Source: Deinococcales bacterium (GTDB lineage Bacteria > Deinococcota > Deinococci > Deinococcales > JAAFIG01). From it: a DNA stretch of 64,000 nt. The notes beneath the pieces were generated by a model. That model was given only the letters and a program-made list of their open reading frames with translations, was not told where the DNA came from and made no database searches. Where the stretch lies: NCBI GenBank assembly GCA_043778225.1, contig JAYWGM010000028.1, forward strand, positions 44,560 to 108,559, read 5' to 3'. This document shows positions 37,078 through 47,114 of the stretch, one piece after another (position 1 is the first letter of the stretch; each line of letters begins with the position of its first letter). Position numbers and translations under genes: made by a program.

Positions 37078-37722
37078 ATGCCCAAAATTATTATTCTTGC
37101 TGCCATGGGTTCAGAGACCGAACCCCTGACTCGAGTCCTGCCCGATATACCTGTAATCGGTACAGGTGTTGGCAAAGTAGCGGCTGCCAGCAACACCACC
37201 AAAGCGATTCTTGAACATCGTCCAGATGGGATTATTTTTGTTGGTGTGGCGGGTGGATTAGCCCCGGATTTAGCCCAGCTAAGTGTTTTAATTGCCCAAG
37301 ACGCGCTGCAATGGGATGTGGATTTGACCCCAATCAATGGCGGTCAGCTTGGTACACTCAACGATGGTCGCGGCGCAATTGCACTCGACCCCAAAGGAAC
37401 AGCACTGGCACTCGAGGCAGCCCGAGAACTGGGGTATCACTCGAGGCTCGGGCGGGTTGTGACGGGCGATGTTTTTCTTGCAGATAGCCAAAAAAGTGCA
37501 TGGTTACACCAGACCTTTGCCGCCGATGCGGTCGAAATGGAAGGTGCAGCCGCGCTTCAGGTGGCACACGACTATCAAATCCCGATGGTTTTACTGCGCG
37601 TCATTTCCGACAGCGCCAATGACCAAGCGGCACTGACGTATGCCGATTTTTTACCCAAAGCCGCCGAGCGAGCGGCTTTGGTGACCGAGCATTTTTTACC
37701 GCGTTGGCTCGAGACGTTATGA
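37078..37722 (+). CDS. mtnN: 5'-methylthioadenosine/S-adenosylhomocysteine nucleosidase
   Basis: AMGSE, GVGKVAAA, GVAGG, TGDVF, VEMEGAA, RVISD; AGGAG RBS. Confidence 0.85.
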   Translation: MPKIIILAAMGSETEPLTRVLPDIPVIGTGVGKVAAASNTTKAILEHRPDGIIFVGVAGGLAPDLAQLSVLIAQDALQWDVDLTPINGGQLGTLNDGRGAIALDPKGTALALEAARELGYHSRLGRVVTGDVFLADSQKSAWLHQTFAADAVEMEGAAALQVAHDYQIPMVLLRVISDSANDQAALTYADFLPKAAERAALVTEHFLPRWLETL

Positions 37723-37733
37723 AGTGCAAGGAG

Positions 37734-37811
37734 AAAAGGTCAAAAGGTTAAAAGGCTAAGAGGTTAAAGTTTTTTACTTTTTACCTTTTTACCTTTTAAC
37801 CTTTTGACCCT
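37734..37811. repeat. Inverted pair of AAAAGGTY octamer tandem arrays
   Basis: GGTCAAAAGGTTAAAAGG and its exact reverse complement CCTTTTAACCTTTTGACC. Confidence 0.75.
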
Positions 37812-37817
37812 CGTTTT

Positions 37818-38285
37818 ATGCCAGATGACCGTATTGTTGTTCAACTCGAGCGTGCTTTAGGGCAGCTTCCAGAAGTGGTCGAGGAAGTCTATGAGCGTCG
37901 CTTACTCGAGCGAATTTTGGGCGAGACCGATGAAGTCAGCACTGCCCAATTACGCACCCTGCGTTTTCTTGCCAGCTTGCCAGATGGCAAAGTTGGCTTT
38001 CCGGTTGGGCAGATTGCTCAAGGTTTACATATCTCCTATCCGGCTGCTACCAAAGCTGTAGACCGCCTGACCGAGCGTTTACTTGCTGAACGTCACCGCG
38101 ACTCGGACGATGCCCGAAGTATCCATGTGCGCTTGACCCAAAAGGGGCGGGAACTGAACGAGCGCCTTGGTTTTGAACGGCGACAAACTTTGTTGCGGGT
38201 ATTGGAGCGCTTAGGTGGCGAAAAGCCCGCCGTGGTTTTGTTGGCACTGCTCGAGACATTTATTGCCGAAAGTCTAACGGAGTGA
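37818..38285 (+). CDS. MarR family transcriptional regulator
   Basis: ISYPAATKAVDRL, DARSIHVRLTQKG winged helix. Confidence 0.88.
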   Translation: MPDDRIVVQLERALGQLPEVVEEVYERRLLERILGETDEVSTAQLRTLRFLASLPDGKVGFPVGQIAQGLHISYPAATKAVDRLTERLLAERHRDSDDARSIHVRLTQKGRELNERLGFERRQTLLRVLERLGGEKPAVVLLALLETFIAESLTE

Positions 38286-38286
38286 T

Positions 38287-39471
38287 TCACCCCATACCTA
38301 AAGGTAGGGGCTTCTGAAGTCGTTGGGGACGCACAACTGCGTTCCCCTCGTTCAAGGGCAAATCCTGCCCTAATCTAAGAATGTTCAAAGCTGCATTAAC
38401 ATCACGGTTAATCTCGAGGTTACACTTGGCGCACACATACCCTTTACCAATAGCAACCTTTTGCCGATGACCGCAACTAGAACAATCTTGAGATGTAAAT
38501 CTAGGGTCTACACCCTGTACTCTCCGACCAGCTTCTACCGCTTTGTTGGAAAGGATACTTAAAAACATTGCCCAGCCTGAATCTAAAACACCTTTAGCTG
38601 TTCTCGAGCGAGCCAAGCCAATGATGTTAAGGTTCTCATGGTAAATCACATCATGCTTGTTAATCAGTTTACGGGCGGTCTTATGGTGAAAGTCTTTGCG
38701 CTGGTTGGCAGTCTTTCGGTGCAACTTTGCGACTCGAGTTTTAGCTTGTTTACGACCTCTCGAGCCTCGTTTCTTCTTGGACAGGCTGCGCTGTGCAGTT
38801 CGTAAGTTACGTTGTGCTTTAACATAGTACCGTGGTGCAGCCTCAAATTCAGCATCGGAAGTAATCAAGAAATTAGGATTCGTTCCAAGGTCAATACCAA
38901 TGACTGACCCTGTAGACTCGAGTGGCTTGTTCTCTATCTCGCAAGTGTAAACCGTGTACCAATGATTAGCTTCCCGTTTGATGGTAAGAGTCTTAGGTTT
39001 GCCCTCGAGTGGACGGTGAAACTTGATTTTGACTTCACCGATTTTAGAAAGTTGGATACGGTTATGCTTAATTGGTTTGCCAACACCAGCCCAAGTATTT
39101 CTCTTGTTATCCCAAAGTTGGGGATAGGTGAAACTATCCCATCTATCAGCACTCTTAAATCTTGGAAAACCAGCAGCACCACCTTTTTTAACTCGAGAAA
39201 AGAAACCTTGAAATGCTTTGTCCAAGCGTTTTAACGTATCTTGCAAAGTTTGGGAAAACACATTTTTGAACTCAGGACGCGCCTCTTTAATCTCAGGAAG
39301 ACTGTTAATTTGCTCATAGGCTGATACGCTTTTCTTGCATTTTTTGTATGCCTCTTTGCGTTCCTCGAGTGCTGCGTTATACAACTCCCTCGTTAAGTAC
39401 AAGGTGTCTACCAAAGCCTTTTCTTGGGCTTTGGTAGGGTAGATACGGTACTTAAACGCCTTGACAATCAC
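38287..39471 (-). CDS. tnpB: RNA-guided endonuclease TnpB
   Basis: KAFKYRIYPT; RuvC motifs GIDLG / HENL / NRDVNAA; Zn finger CSSCG...CAKC. Confidence 0.95.
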   Translation of the reverse strand: MIVKAFKYRIYPTKAQEKALVDTLYLTRELYNAALEERKEAYKKCKKSVSAYEQINSLPEIKEARPEFKNVFSQTLQDTLKRLDKAFQGFFSRVKKGGAAGFPRFKSADRWDSFTYPQLWDNKRNTWAGVGKPIKHNRIQLSKIGEVKIKFHRPLEGKPKTLTIKREANHWYTVYTCEIENKPLESTGSVIGIDLGTNPNFLITSDAEFEAAPRYYVKAQRNLRTAQRSLSKKKRGSRGRKQAKTRVAKLHRKTANQRKDFHHKTARKLINKHDVIYHENLNIIGLARSRTAKGVLDSGWAMFLSILSNKAVEAGRRVQGVDPRFTSQDCSSCGHRQKVAIGKGYVCAKCNLEINRDVNAALNILRLGQDLPLNEGNAVVRPQRLQKPLPLGMG

Positions 39472-39502
39472 GATTTATGATCCTTCTCGAGTATACCAAA
39501 GA

Positions 39503-39910
39503 CTAAACATCTTTTTGATTCTCGATGTACTGCTTCACAATACTTAAAGGCGCTCCACCAACCGTGGATACGAAGTAACTATTTGTCCAGAGTGTGGGTA
39601 ATCTACTTTTTAACCACTCGAATTCTTGTCTTAAATACCGACTGGAACGCCCTTTTAATTGTTTTACAACTCGGTGGATTCCAAATTGTGGGTCTACCTC
39701 GAGTAGAATATGCACATGATCAGGCATTATCTCGAGTACCAGAATCTCGCACTGCATCTCTGCACAATTCTCTCTGAGAATCATTGCTAGTCGTGTTTCC
39801 ACACCATTGACAAGCACTTTACGACGATACTTTGGACAGAACACAACATGGTACTTACAAGAGTACGTGATATTGTTATTTGACTTGTACTGCACATGGC
39901 TATTCTTCAT
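39503..39910 (-). CDS. tnpA: IS200-type Y1 (HUH) transposase TnpA
   Basis: YHVVFCPKYRR, PDHVHI, KGRSSR, LWTNSYF, YIENQ; TATAAT 6 nt before the ATG at 39910. Confidence 0.95.
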   Translation of the reverse strand: MKNSHVQYKSNNNITYSCKYHVVFCPKYRRKVLVNGVETRLAMILRENCAEMQCEILVLEIMPDHVHILLEVDPQFGIHRVVKQLKGRSSRYLRQEFEWLKSRLPTLWTNSYFVSTVGGAPLSIVKQYIENQKDV

Positions 39911-40175
39911 TTGTATATTATACAACACAATGCTATCTAATGTGCAAAAGAAGTTGATTGGTCTTTCTCGAGAGCTTCGCCCTCGTATGCGTCGCTACGC
40001 GACGAAACCTGTCCATCCCCATAGCTAAAGCTAGGGGTTTTTCGGTTTTTTCAGATAAAATCATGAGTGATTTTTAGATACTGTATGAGGGACAACAGCT
40101 TAGTGTCATAACCTTGCAACTTTTCTAGGCTTAATGGCGTACAATAGCCTGTTGCCTTTTGGCATCCGGAGTAAA

Positions 40176-42155
40176 ATGAGTGAACAAAAACACGATTCTG
40201 CGGCAGCGACATCCGAACACCCTCATGGCTTAAAAGAGTGGTTGCTCGAGGGCGCAAAAGAACCCGAAGGGGCATTTGAATCTGAATCTGAGGTGGCGGC
40301 GCAGCATCACACCCAGCCTTGGTGGAAAGTGATGTGCTTAACAGGGGTGGATTACTTTTCCTCGCTGGGCTATCAGCCAGCCTTGGCGGCTTTGGCGGCT
40401 GGTGCTTTATCGCCCTTTGCGACCCTTATTCTGGTTTTGGTAACGCTTTTTGGGGCATTGCCAATGTACCGTCGTGTGGCTGAGGAAAGCCCACATGGGC
40501 AGGGCAGTTTATCCATGCTCGAGTCGCTATTGACGTGGTGGGCTGGCAAATTAACAGTTTTGGTGTTGCTTGGTTTTGCGATGACCGGTTTTATTATTAC
40601 CATCACCTTGTCGGCTTCGGACGCAGCCGCCCACATCATCGAAAACCCATTTGTACATCAATATGTTGAAGGTAAAGCCGTGATTATCACCTTGGTCTTG
40701 ATTTTACTGCTTGGTGCGGTTTTCTTAAAAGGATTTTCGGAAGCGATCGGAATTGCAGTCGTCTTGGTGATTGCCTTCTTGAGCCTCAATGCCGTGGTTC
40801 TGGTTCGGTCGGCAGTCGAAGTGATTGGACACCCCGAGTACATTCCAAATTGGCAAAACTTGGTGAGTTTACGAGTTGATAACCCAGTCATGCTTTTTGC
40901 AGTGTCTTTTATGTTGTTTCCACAGTTAGCCCTTGGTCTGTCTGGGTTTGAAACAGGTGTAGCAGTCATACCTTTGGTTCGTGGTAATGCTAATGACAAC
41001 GCCAAAAAACCACTGGGAAGAATTCGCAATGCGAAAAAACTCTTAACAGGAGCGGCAATCATCATGAGTGTTTACTTGATGGCTTCGAGTATTGTCACGA
41101 CGCTTATTATTCCAGCCGCAGAATTTCAAAAAGGCGGCGAAGCCAGTGGGCGAGCCTTGGCATACCTTGCCCATAAATTCTTTGGTGATGGTTTTGGAAC
41201 GCTCTATGATGTCAGTACGATCCTGATTCTGTGGTTTGCTGGGGCAAGTGCAGTGGCAGCCCTCTTAAATCTTGTGCCTCGCTATTTGCCTCGCTATGGA
41301 ATGGCACCCGATTGGGCGCGAGCCAACCGTCCGCTGATTTTGGTCTTTACCTCGATTAGTGTAGTGGTGACGATTTTATTTAATGCTGATGTTGAAGCTC
41401 AAGCAGGAGCTTATGCCACAGGGGTTCTGGCGTTGTTCTCGAGTGCTGCCATTGCCGTCACGCTTTCGGCACGAAAAAAAGGACAAACAGGTGCAACAAT
41501 CATGTTTGGCATCGTGACGCTCATCATGTTGTATGCCACCATCCTTAATATGGTGCAACGCCCAGACGGACTGAGAATTGCGGGGGTTTTTATTGCTGGG
41601 ATTGTAATTATCAGCTTACTCTCGAGAACCTTTCGTAGCTTAGAGCTTCGCGCAACCAAAATTGAGCTTGATGCCACCGCTCAAAAATTTATTGATGACC
41701 TTGCCCACGGCGAACTGCGAATTATTGCCAACCGCAAACAAACAGGTTTAGAAGCCGAGTATTACGACAAAGAACTGCGCCAACGTGAAGACCACCACAT
41801 CGAAGAACGCGAACCTGTGGTTTTTCTCGAGGTCGAAATTTCTGATGCTTCGGATTTTGAAGATGTCTTACGCATTAAAGGGATTGAAGTGGTGGGTGAA
41901 TGCGGCAAATACCGAATCATGCGGGTCAAAGCCCCGGCAGTACCAAACGCCATTGCCGCATTTTTACTTTATATCCGCGATGAAACACATTTGCAACCAC
42001 ATTGCTACTTTACTTGGTCAGACGGCAACCCTTTGCGCCACTTAATGCGCTATGTATTGTTTGGCGAAGGCGATACCGCGCCGATTACTCGAGAAATCCT
42101 GCGCCGCAGTGAACCCAATGCCAAACTGCGCCCGATGATTCATGTTGGCGGTTAA
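40176..42155 (+). CDS. APC-superfamily transporter (amino acid / KimA-like)
   Basis: [36 protein letters not shown]; about 12 TM segments plus a cytoplasmic C-terminal domain. Confidence 0.8.
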   Translation: MSEQKHDSAAATSEHPHGLKEWLLEGAKEPEGAFESESEVAAQHHTQPWWKVMCLTGVDYFSSLGYQPALAALAAGALSPFATLILVLVTLFGALPMYRRVAEESPHGQGSLSMLESLLTWWAGKLTVLVLLGFAMTGFIITITLSASDAAAHIIENPFVHQYVEGKAVIITLVLILLLGAVFLKGFSEAIGIAVVLVIAFLSLNAVVLVRSAVEVIGHPEYIPNWQNLVSLRVDNPVMLFAVSFMLFPQLALGLSGFETGVAVIPLVRGNANDNAKKPLGRIRNAKKLLTGAAIIMSVYLMASSIVTTLIIPAAEFQKGGEASGRALAYLAHKFFGDGFGTLYDVSTILILWFAGASAVAALLNLVPRYLPRYGMAPDWARANRPLILVFTSISVVVTILFNADVEAQAGAYATGVLALFSSAAIAVTLSARKKGQTGATIMFGIVTLIMLYATILNMVQRPDGLRIAGVFIAGIVIISLLSRTFRSLELRATKIELDATAQKFIDDLAHGELRIIANRKQTGLEAEYYDKELRQREDHHIEEREPVVFLEVEISDASDFEDVLRIKGIEVVGECGKYRIMRVKAPAVPNAIAAFLLYIRDETHLQPHCYFTWSDGNPLRHLMRYVLFGEGDTAPITREILRRSEPNAKLRPMIHVGG

Positions 42156-42180
42156 AGCCACGATTCATGCTAATAAAATT

Positions 42181-42204
42181 AAGAATAAGCTCGAGCTTAT
42201 TCTT
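42181..42204. terminator. Perfect 24-nt palindrome between convergent genes; probable terminator
   Basis: AAGAATAAGCTCGAGCTTATTCTT followed by TTT. Confidence 0.55.
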
Positions 42205-42215
42205 TTTGGTGAAAT

Positions 42216-43202
42216 TCAGGCTTTTTCCGCCAGCGCCCACAAAAAACTTTCTCGAGCGCGGGTTTTCATGGCTTCTACGGCGTTCCAGTTGGGTTCATAA
42301 CGCCCTACAATGGCTTGCTCAAGAACATCTATATCAAAAGTTGGCGGTAACTCGAGGGCGCTGGCATCGCGGCAAAACCCTTGGACTTTGGGGTCATAGC
42401 TAATGCCATAAAATGGAACTCGCGCCGCCGCCGCCAGAATGACGGCATGAAGTCGAACACCGATAACCGCCCCACTGCCAGCAATCAATTCTAAGGCTCG
42501 AGTTGGGTCGGCGGTATTTTCGATGCGGGTCTTGGCAATTCCCTCAAAAGCCTTTAACTCGTCGTCATCCCAGCCGGGCTGGAAACCAAGCACCAGAATT
42601 TCTTTGCCTTGCTTGACTAAGCGCTTGGCGAGTTCGACCAAGCAATCGGTGGCTGCACTTTGTCCTTCTCGAGGGGCAATCAAGACCTGATTTGGGTTAG
42701 AAACAATACCGCTTGGGGCTTCGAGCAGCAGCGCAGGGTCGCCGCCAAGTTTGACCGATAAGCCCAGTTGCTCGAGCAAGGCTTGACTTCCGGTATCGCG
42801 CACAATGTTGGTCACACCACGTAAAGCGGCGGCGACTTTGGTCTGCCCGTTTTCAGAAAGTGGACCAATGCTCTGGTTAAAAACCGCTACTCGTTTACCC
42901 AACATTTTAGCCAAGCCAATAATCCCAAGGTAATACGACAAAGTGCGGCTCGAGGTTTTATCTTGGAGTAAGCCGCCACCGCCCGACAAGACCACATCCG
43001 AATTCAAAATTGCCAAAGGTGTCAAGACTGGATTCATGCGCTGCGTGGCTTTAACTTGGTACAACTGAGCAGTTTGGGCTGGATTGGCGCTGAGTACCGT
43101 AACCGAATGCCCAAGGCGGGTCAGTTCTCGAGTGATTGCCAAACAAATGGCTTCATCGCCAGTATTCAAAAAGCCATAGTAGCCACAGAGCAGGATTTTC
43201 AT
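42216..43202 (-). CDS. csaB: Polysaccharide pyruvyl transferase CsaB
   Basis: GYYGFLNTGDEA, SGGGGLLQDKTS, QSIGPL, RLHAVI, SYDPKV. Confidence 0.9.
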   Translation of the reverse strand: MKILLCGYYGFLNTGDEAICLAITRELTRLGHSVTVLSANPAQTAQLYQVKATQRMNPVLTPLAILNSDVVLSGGGGLLQDKTSSRTLSYYLGIIGLAKMLGKRVAVFNQSIGPLSENGQTKVAAALRGVTNIVRDTGSQALLEQLGLSVKLGGDPALLLEAPSGIVSNPNQVLIAPREGQSAATDCLVELAKRLVKQGKEILVLGFQPGWDDDELKAFEGIAKTRIENTADPTRALELIAGSGAVIGVRLHAVILAAAARVPFYGISYDPKVQGFCRDASALELPPTFDIDVLEQAIVGRYEPNWNAVEAMKTRARESFLWALAEKA

Positions 43203-44680
43203 TTGACCTTTTTCTTACGGCGGCGTTTGCGTTTTGGGTCAAAAACAGGTGGCAATGGCACAGCATTGGGCTTTTCTCGTGCAGGGTTAGCGTTCTCGAG
43301 TTTTGGTAATTGTGCCAACCAAGGCTGGCTGGGCTGTGCCAAGACCTCGAGAACATTTTTTCCATAGCGCTCGAGTTTTTTTGCACCAATGCCTTTGATT
43401 AAAGCTAAAGTTTCTGGGCTGGTTGGACAGATTTTGGCAATCTCGGCTAGAATCGTGTTGCTCATGACCAAGAAGCGGCTGATGTTCTGGCTGGCAGCAT
43501 TCTGGTCGCGCCACTGGCGCAGTTGGATAAAGCGCTCCAAAACATCGTTGTCCATACCCAAAGTCGGGTCTTCAAGGGCTGGAAGGAGCGGATGAGCCAC
43601 TGTTTCGGGTTCGTCTGGCTCGAGCGGCTCGGGTTCTGGGGTAACGTCAAAAGCGGCATTTAAGGCAACGTCGAGAACCCGCCACGTGTCGGTCACATCT
43701 TCTAGACCAAGAGACAAACGCACGATCGTATCCGATAAACCCAAGCCCAAAGGCTCGAGCGCCCGATGACTTGAGCGACTTGGAATACAAACGGTGTTGT
43801 CGGCTGCACCAAACCAATCGAGTGCGTCAAAATAGCGCAAGCGCTCGAGGAAGACCTTGGCGGCTTCTGAAACAGCAAATTCGATAGCAATCAGCGAACC
43901 GTTCATTTCGCGCCCATCACGGGTCAGGTTGCTGGCTGCATTGGGATACGAAACCCCAACCACAGCCGCATGAGCCTCGATTTTAGCCAGTACCGTCAGC
44001 GCCGAAGCAGTCTGGCGCTCGAGTCGCACCGAAAGACTTTTTAAGCCACGTAAGGCACTACCACAAACTTGGGCATTGGGACGCGCCCCAACGGTATCGC
44101 GGTGTCCTCGCAGACGTTCGAGTAAATCTTCAGAACGCCCCATGATTGCGCCCAAGGCAAGCGTGCTGTCGCCAGTTAAGGCAGCTGCACTCGAATACAC
44201 AACCGCATCTATGGCAAATTCGAGCGGACGACAAGCAAACATCGTTAAAATCGAATTGTCGACCACCAACAGCGCCCCAGCCTCGTGGACTCGTGTTGCT
44301 AAACCACTTAAATCAAAGGCGGTTAAAGTGGCACTGCTTGGATTCTCGAGAAAAACCAGACTCGCGCCTTCAAAACGCACATCGGCTTGGGTCAGGTCGT
44401 TGAATTCGATTTCGATTTCCCATTCGGCAAGTGCCGAAAATGCCCGCACCGCAAACCCCGAGGCTTCTTGGTGCAGCATCACTTTGTCGTGCGGACGCAA
44501 TAAACGCCCCAAAGCATCCAAGGCGGCTCGCCCAGAAGCAAAAGCCACACACCACGCGCCACGCCCAGACAGACCACTGCCCTCGAGTGTACCAAGGCGA
44601 GCTTCTAACTGCGCCAAAGGGTTCGGGAGGTGATTCTCGGCGCGGACAGCCAAACTATCAAAACGTAAACCATCATCCAT
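43199..44680 (-). CDS. Cystathionine gamma-lyase/synthase-like domain fused to an HRDC domain; probably catalytically inactive
   Basis: FASGRAA, LENPSS, LVVDNS, VRLSLGLED; YSSAAALTG replaces HSATKYLGG; HRDC motif LRQWR...VMSNTILAEIA...IKGIGAKKLERYG; basic tail. Confidence 0.8.
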   Translation of the reverse strand: MDDGLRFDSLAVRAENHLPNPLAQLEARLGTLEGSGLSGRGAWCVAFASGRAALDALGRLLRPHDKVMLHQEASGFAVRAFSALAEWEIEIEFNDLTQADVRFEGASLVFLENPSSATLTAFDLSGLATRVHEAGALLVVDNSILTMFACRPLEFAIDAVVYSSAAALTGDSTLALGAIMGRSEDLLERLRGHRDTVGARPNAQVCGSALRGLKSLSVRLERQTASALTVLAKIEAHAAVVGVSYPNAASNLTRDGREMNGSLIAIEFAVSEAAKVFLERLRYFDALDWFGAADNTVCIPSRSSHRALEPLGLGLSDTIVRLSLGLEDVTDTWRVLDVALNAAFDVTPEPEPLEPDEPETVAHPLLPALEDPTLGMDNDVLERFIQLRQWRDQNAASQNISRFLVMSNTILAEIAKICPTSPETLALIKGIGAKKLERYGKNVLEVLAQPSQPWLAQLPKLENANPAREKPNAVPLPPVFDPKRKRRRKKKVK

Positions 44681-44729
44681 GCAGCCGACATCATAACATG
44701 GCAGCCTCGAGATATTACATAATAGCCGC

Positions 44730-46958
44730 ATGAAACTTTCGGAATTTAATCCCTTAACTTGGAAGCCCGAACGATGGGCAAGTTATGCACCGTTTGGTAT
44801 TGGGCAGCAACGCCCGAATAATTATTTTGAGGTCTTTCGGGCAGCATGGGAATCCAAAGATAACCTAAGCTACGCTTGGAAAGTCCTGAATGAAGGTGTC
44901 TGTGATGGCTGCGCCCTTGGCACAAGTGGCTTAAAAGATTGGACTTTGGATGGCATTCATCTGTGTAATATCCGGTTGCGCTTGTTGCGCCTGAACACCA
45001 TGCCCGCGCTCGAGACTGCCTGGCTTGAGGATATTTCGGCGCTTAGGGCGCTCTCGAGTCAAGAACTGCGCGACTTGGGCAGGTTGCCCTTTCCGATGCT
45101 CCGAAAACGTGGTGAGCGTGGTTTCTCGAGGATTTCTTGGGATGACGCGCTCGACAAAATTGCGACAGCCATCAAACAAAGTTCGGCACGGCAGATGGGC
45201 TTTTTTTTGACTTCTCGAGGCATGACCAATGAAGGCTACTATGCGGTGCAAAAAGCAGTGCGGGCGTTTGGCAGCAACAGCATCGACAATGCAGCACGGT
45301 TGTGCCACAGCCCGAGTACAGTCGCCCTCAAAGAAACGCTCGGTATTGCTGCCACAACCTGTTCGTACAGCGATTGGATTGGCTCAGAGGTAGTGGTTTT
45401 TATTGGCAGCAATGTGGCGACCAACCAACCCGTTGCCACCAAGTACCTGCACCATGCCAAAGTGGCTGGTACAAAAGTGGTCTGTGTCAATGCCTACCGT
45501 GAACCGGGGATGGAGCGCTATTGGGTTCCAAGTGCGCCCGAAAGTGCGGTTTTTGGCACAAAAATCACCGATGATTTTTACTTGGTCAACACGGGCGGCG
45601 ATGCAGCCTTTTTGAGTGGAGTCCTGAAGCATATTTTGTCCTTAAAACTCGAGAATCAAGCCTTTATTGTAGCTCACACCAACGGCTTTGAAGCCTTACA
45701 AGCCCATTTAGAAGCCTTGGATTGGCTCGAACTCGAAACACAAAGTGGCTCGAGTCAACAACAAATGCAAGCCCTAGGGCAGCAACTTGGAACTGCCAAG
45801 ACTGGGGTGCTGGTCTGGAGCATGGGCGTGACGCAGCATTTGAGTGGCGAAGATACAGTACGGGCGATTGTCAATCTGGGTTTGGCACTTGGCTGGGTCG
45901 GGCGAGACCACTGTGGACTGATGCCGATTCGAGGACATTCGGGGGTGCAAGCTGGGGCAGAAATGGGGGCATACAGCACGATGCTGCCAAACGGCGCAAC
46001 CCCAACCGAAGCCAATTATCTTGCACTCGAGGCGCAGTATGGTTTTGAACTAACTCGAGAAGTCGGGCTGACTGTGCCAGAAATGATTGATGCTGCTGCT
46101 TTCCAAAAACTCGATTTGCTGTTTGCGGTCGGTGGCAATTTTTTAGAAGTTTTACCCGACCCTACCTATGTGGCTCAGGCGCTCGAGCAAGTGCCATTGC
46201 GGGTGCATATGGATTTGGTTTTATCAAGTCAAATGCTTGTGGATGGCGAAGAAGTAATTGTACTGCCCGCCACCACCCGTTATGAAATTGCTGGCGGTGT
46301 GACCGAAACCAGCACCGAACGGCGGGTGATTTTTAGCCCAGAAATTATCGGGCATCGGATCCCCCAAGCCAAAAGCGAACTCGATGTCTTTATGGATTTA
46401 GCCCGCCGTGTGCGTCCAGAACTGAGTCAGTTACTCACTTTCTCGAGTACCGCCGCCATCCGTCAAGAAATTGCCAAAGTCATTCCAAGTTACGATGGCA
46501 TTCAGCATCTGCAAAAACAAGGCGACCAATTCCAAATCGCGGGGCGGCACTTATGCCAAGATGGAATTTTTAAGACTCCAGACTCGAGGGGGCGCTTTAG
46601 TCTGGTACAACCCGTCAGCAGTGCCATTCCCGATGGGTATTTTCGACTCTCGACCCGACGCGGTAAGCAATTTAACAGCATGATTCACGAACAGAAGGAC
46701 AGCATCAATGGAGCAAGCCGCGATGCGGTGCTGATCAACCCCTTGGATGCTGCCAAAATTGGGGTGCAAAATGGCGACGCGGTGCGGCTGACCTCGAGTT
46801 TTGGCAGTCTCGAGCTGCGGATTTGTTTTGCACCCGTCAAGCCAAGCAATCTGCAAGTGCATTTCCCAGAAGGCAATGTGCTGCTCGATAAAGCCAAGCG
46901 CTCGAGCCAAAGTCATATTCCCGATTACAATGCGCTGGTGCAAATTGAAGTGATTTGA
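44730..46958 (+). CDS. FdhF/YdeP family molybdopterin oxidoreductase
   Basis: CDGCALG, DNAARLCHSPS, MPIRGHSGVQ, STRRGKQFNS. Confidence 0.88.
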   Translation: MKLSEFNPLTWKPERWASYAPFGIGQQRPNNYFEVFRAAWESKDNLSYAWKVLNEGVCDGCALGTSGLKDWTLDGIHLCNIRLRLLRLNTMPALETAWLEDISALRALSSQELRDLGRLPFPMLRKRGERGFSRISWDDALDKIATAIKQSSARQMGFFLTSRGMTNEGYYAVQKAVRAFGSNSIDNAARLCHSPSTVALKETLGIAATTCSYSDWIGSEVVVFIGSNVATNQPVATKYLHHAKVAGTKVVCVNAYREPGMERYWVPSAPESAVFGTKITDDFYLVNTGGDAAFLSGVLKHILSLKLENQAFIVAHTNGFEALQAHLEALDWLELETQSGSSQQQMQALGQQLGTAKTGVLVWSMGVTQHLSGEDTVRAIVNLGLALGWVGRDHCGLMPIRGHSGVQAGAEMGAYSTMLPNGATPTEANYLALEAQYGFELTREVGLTVPEMIDAAAFQKLDLLFAVGGNFLEVLPDPTYVAQALEQVPLRVHMDLVLSSQMLVDGEEVIVLPATTRYEIAGGVTETSTERRVIFSPEIIGHRIPQAKSELDVFMDLARRVRPELSQLLTFSSTAAIRQEIAKVIPSYDGIQHLQKQGDQFQIAGRHLCQDGIFKTPDSRGRFSLVQPVSSAIPDGYFRLSTRRGKQFNSMIHEQKDSINGASRDAVLINPLDAAKIGVQNGDAVRLTSSFGSLELRICFAPVKPSNLQVHFPEGNVLLDKAKRSSQSHIPDYNALVQIEVI

Positions 46959-47114
46959 GGTTTGTATTCTAAAGTTTTCAGACTCGTACTCAAATTGAAT
47001 TTTACTCGAGTAATTTTCTATTGTCTTTCACAGCTTGATTCGATTCAGGCAGCTTTCAGAGGGGTGCGCCTAAATTATATCCATCAGCGAAACAATCGCT
47101 TAAAGGAGTAATTT

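Larger units (their letters stand above)
38282..40054 (-). mobile_element. IS200/IS605 family element (tnpA + tnpB), apparently complete
   Basis: Subterminal hairpins CCCCTAGCTTTAGCTATGGGG (left) and CCCCTACCTTTAGGTATGGGG (right); right end ...TCAC; left flank TTTAT; joining the flanks restores a stop codon for marR. Confidence 0.9.

Noticed and set aside
38287..39471. TnpB as Cas12f or a nuclease-dead TldR
   Set aside because: There is no CRISPR array, it sits in an intact IS with tnpA, and all three RuvC acidic residues are present.
40055..40175. c-di-AMP or other riboswitch before the APC transporter
   Set aside because: The leader is short and AT-rich with no recognisable aptamer.
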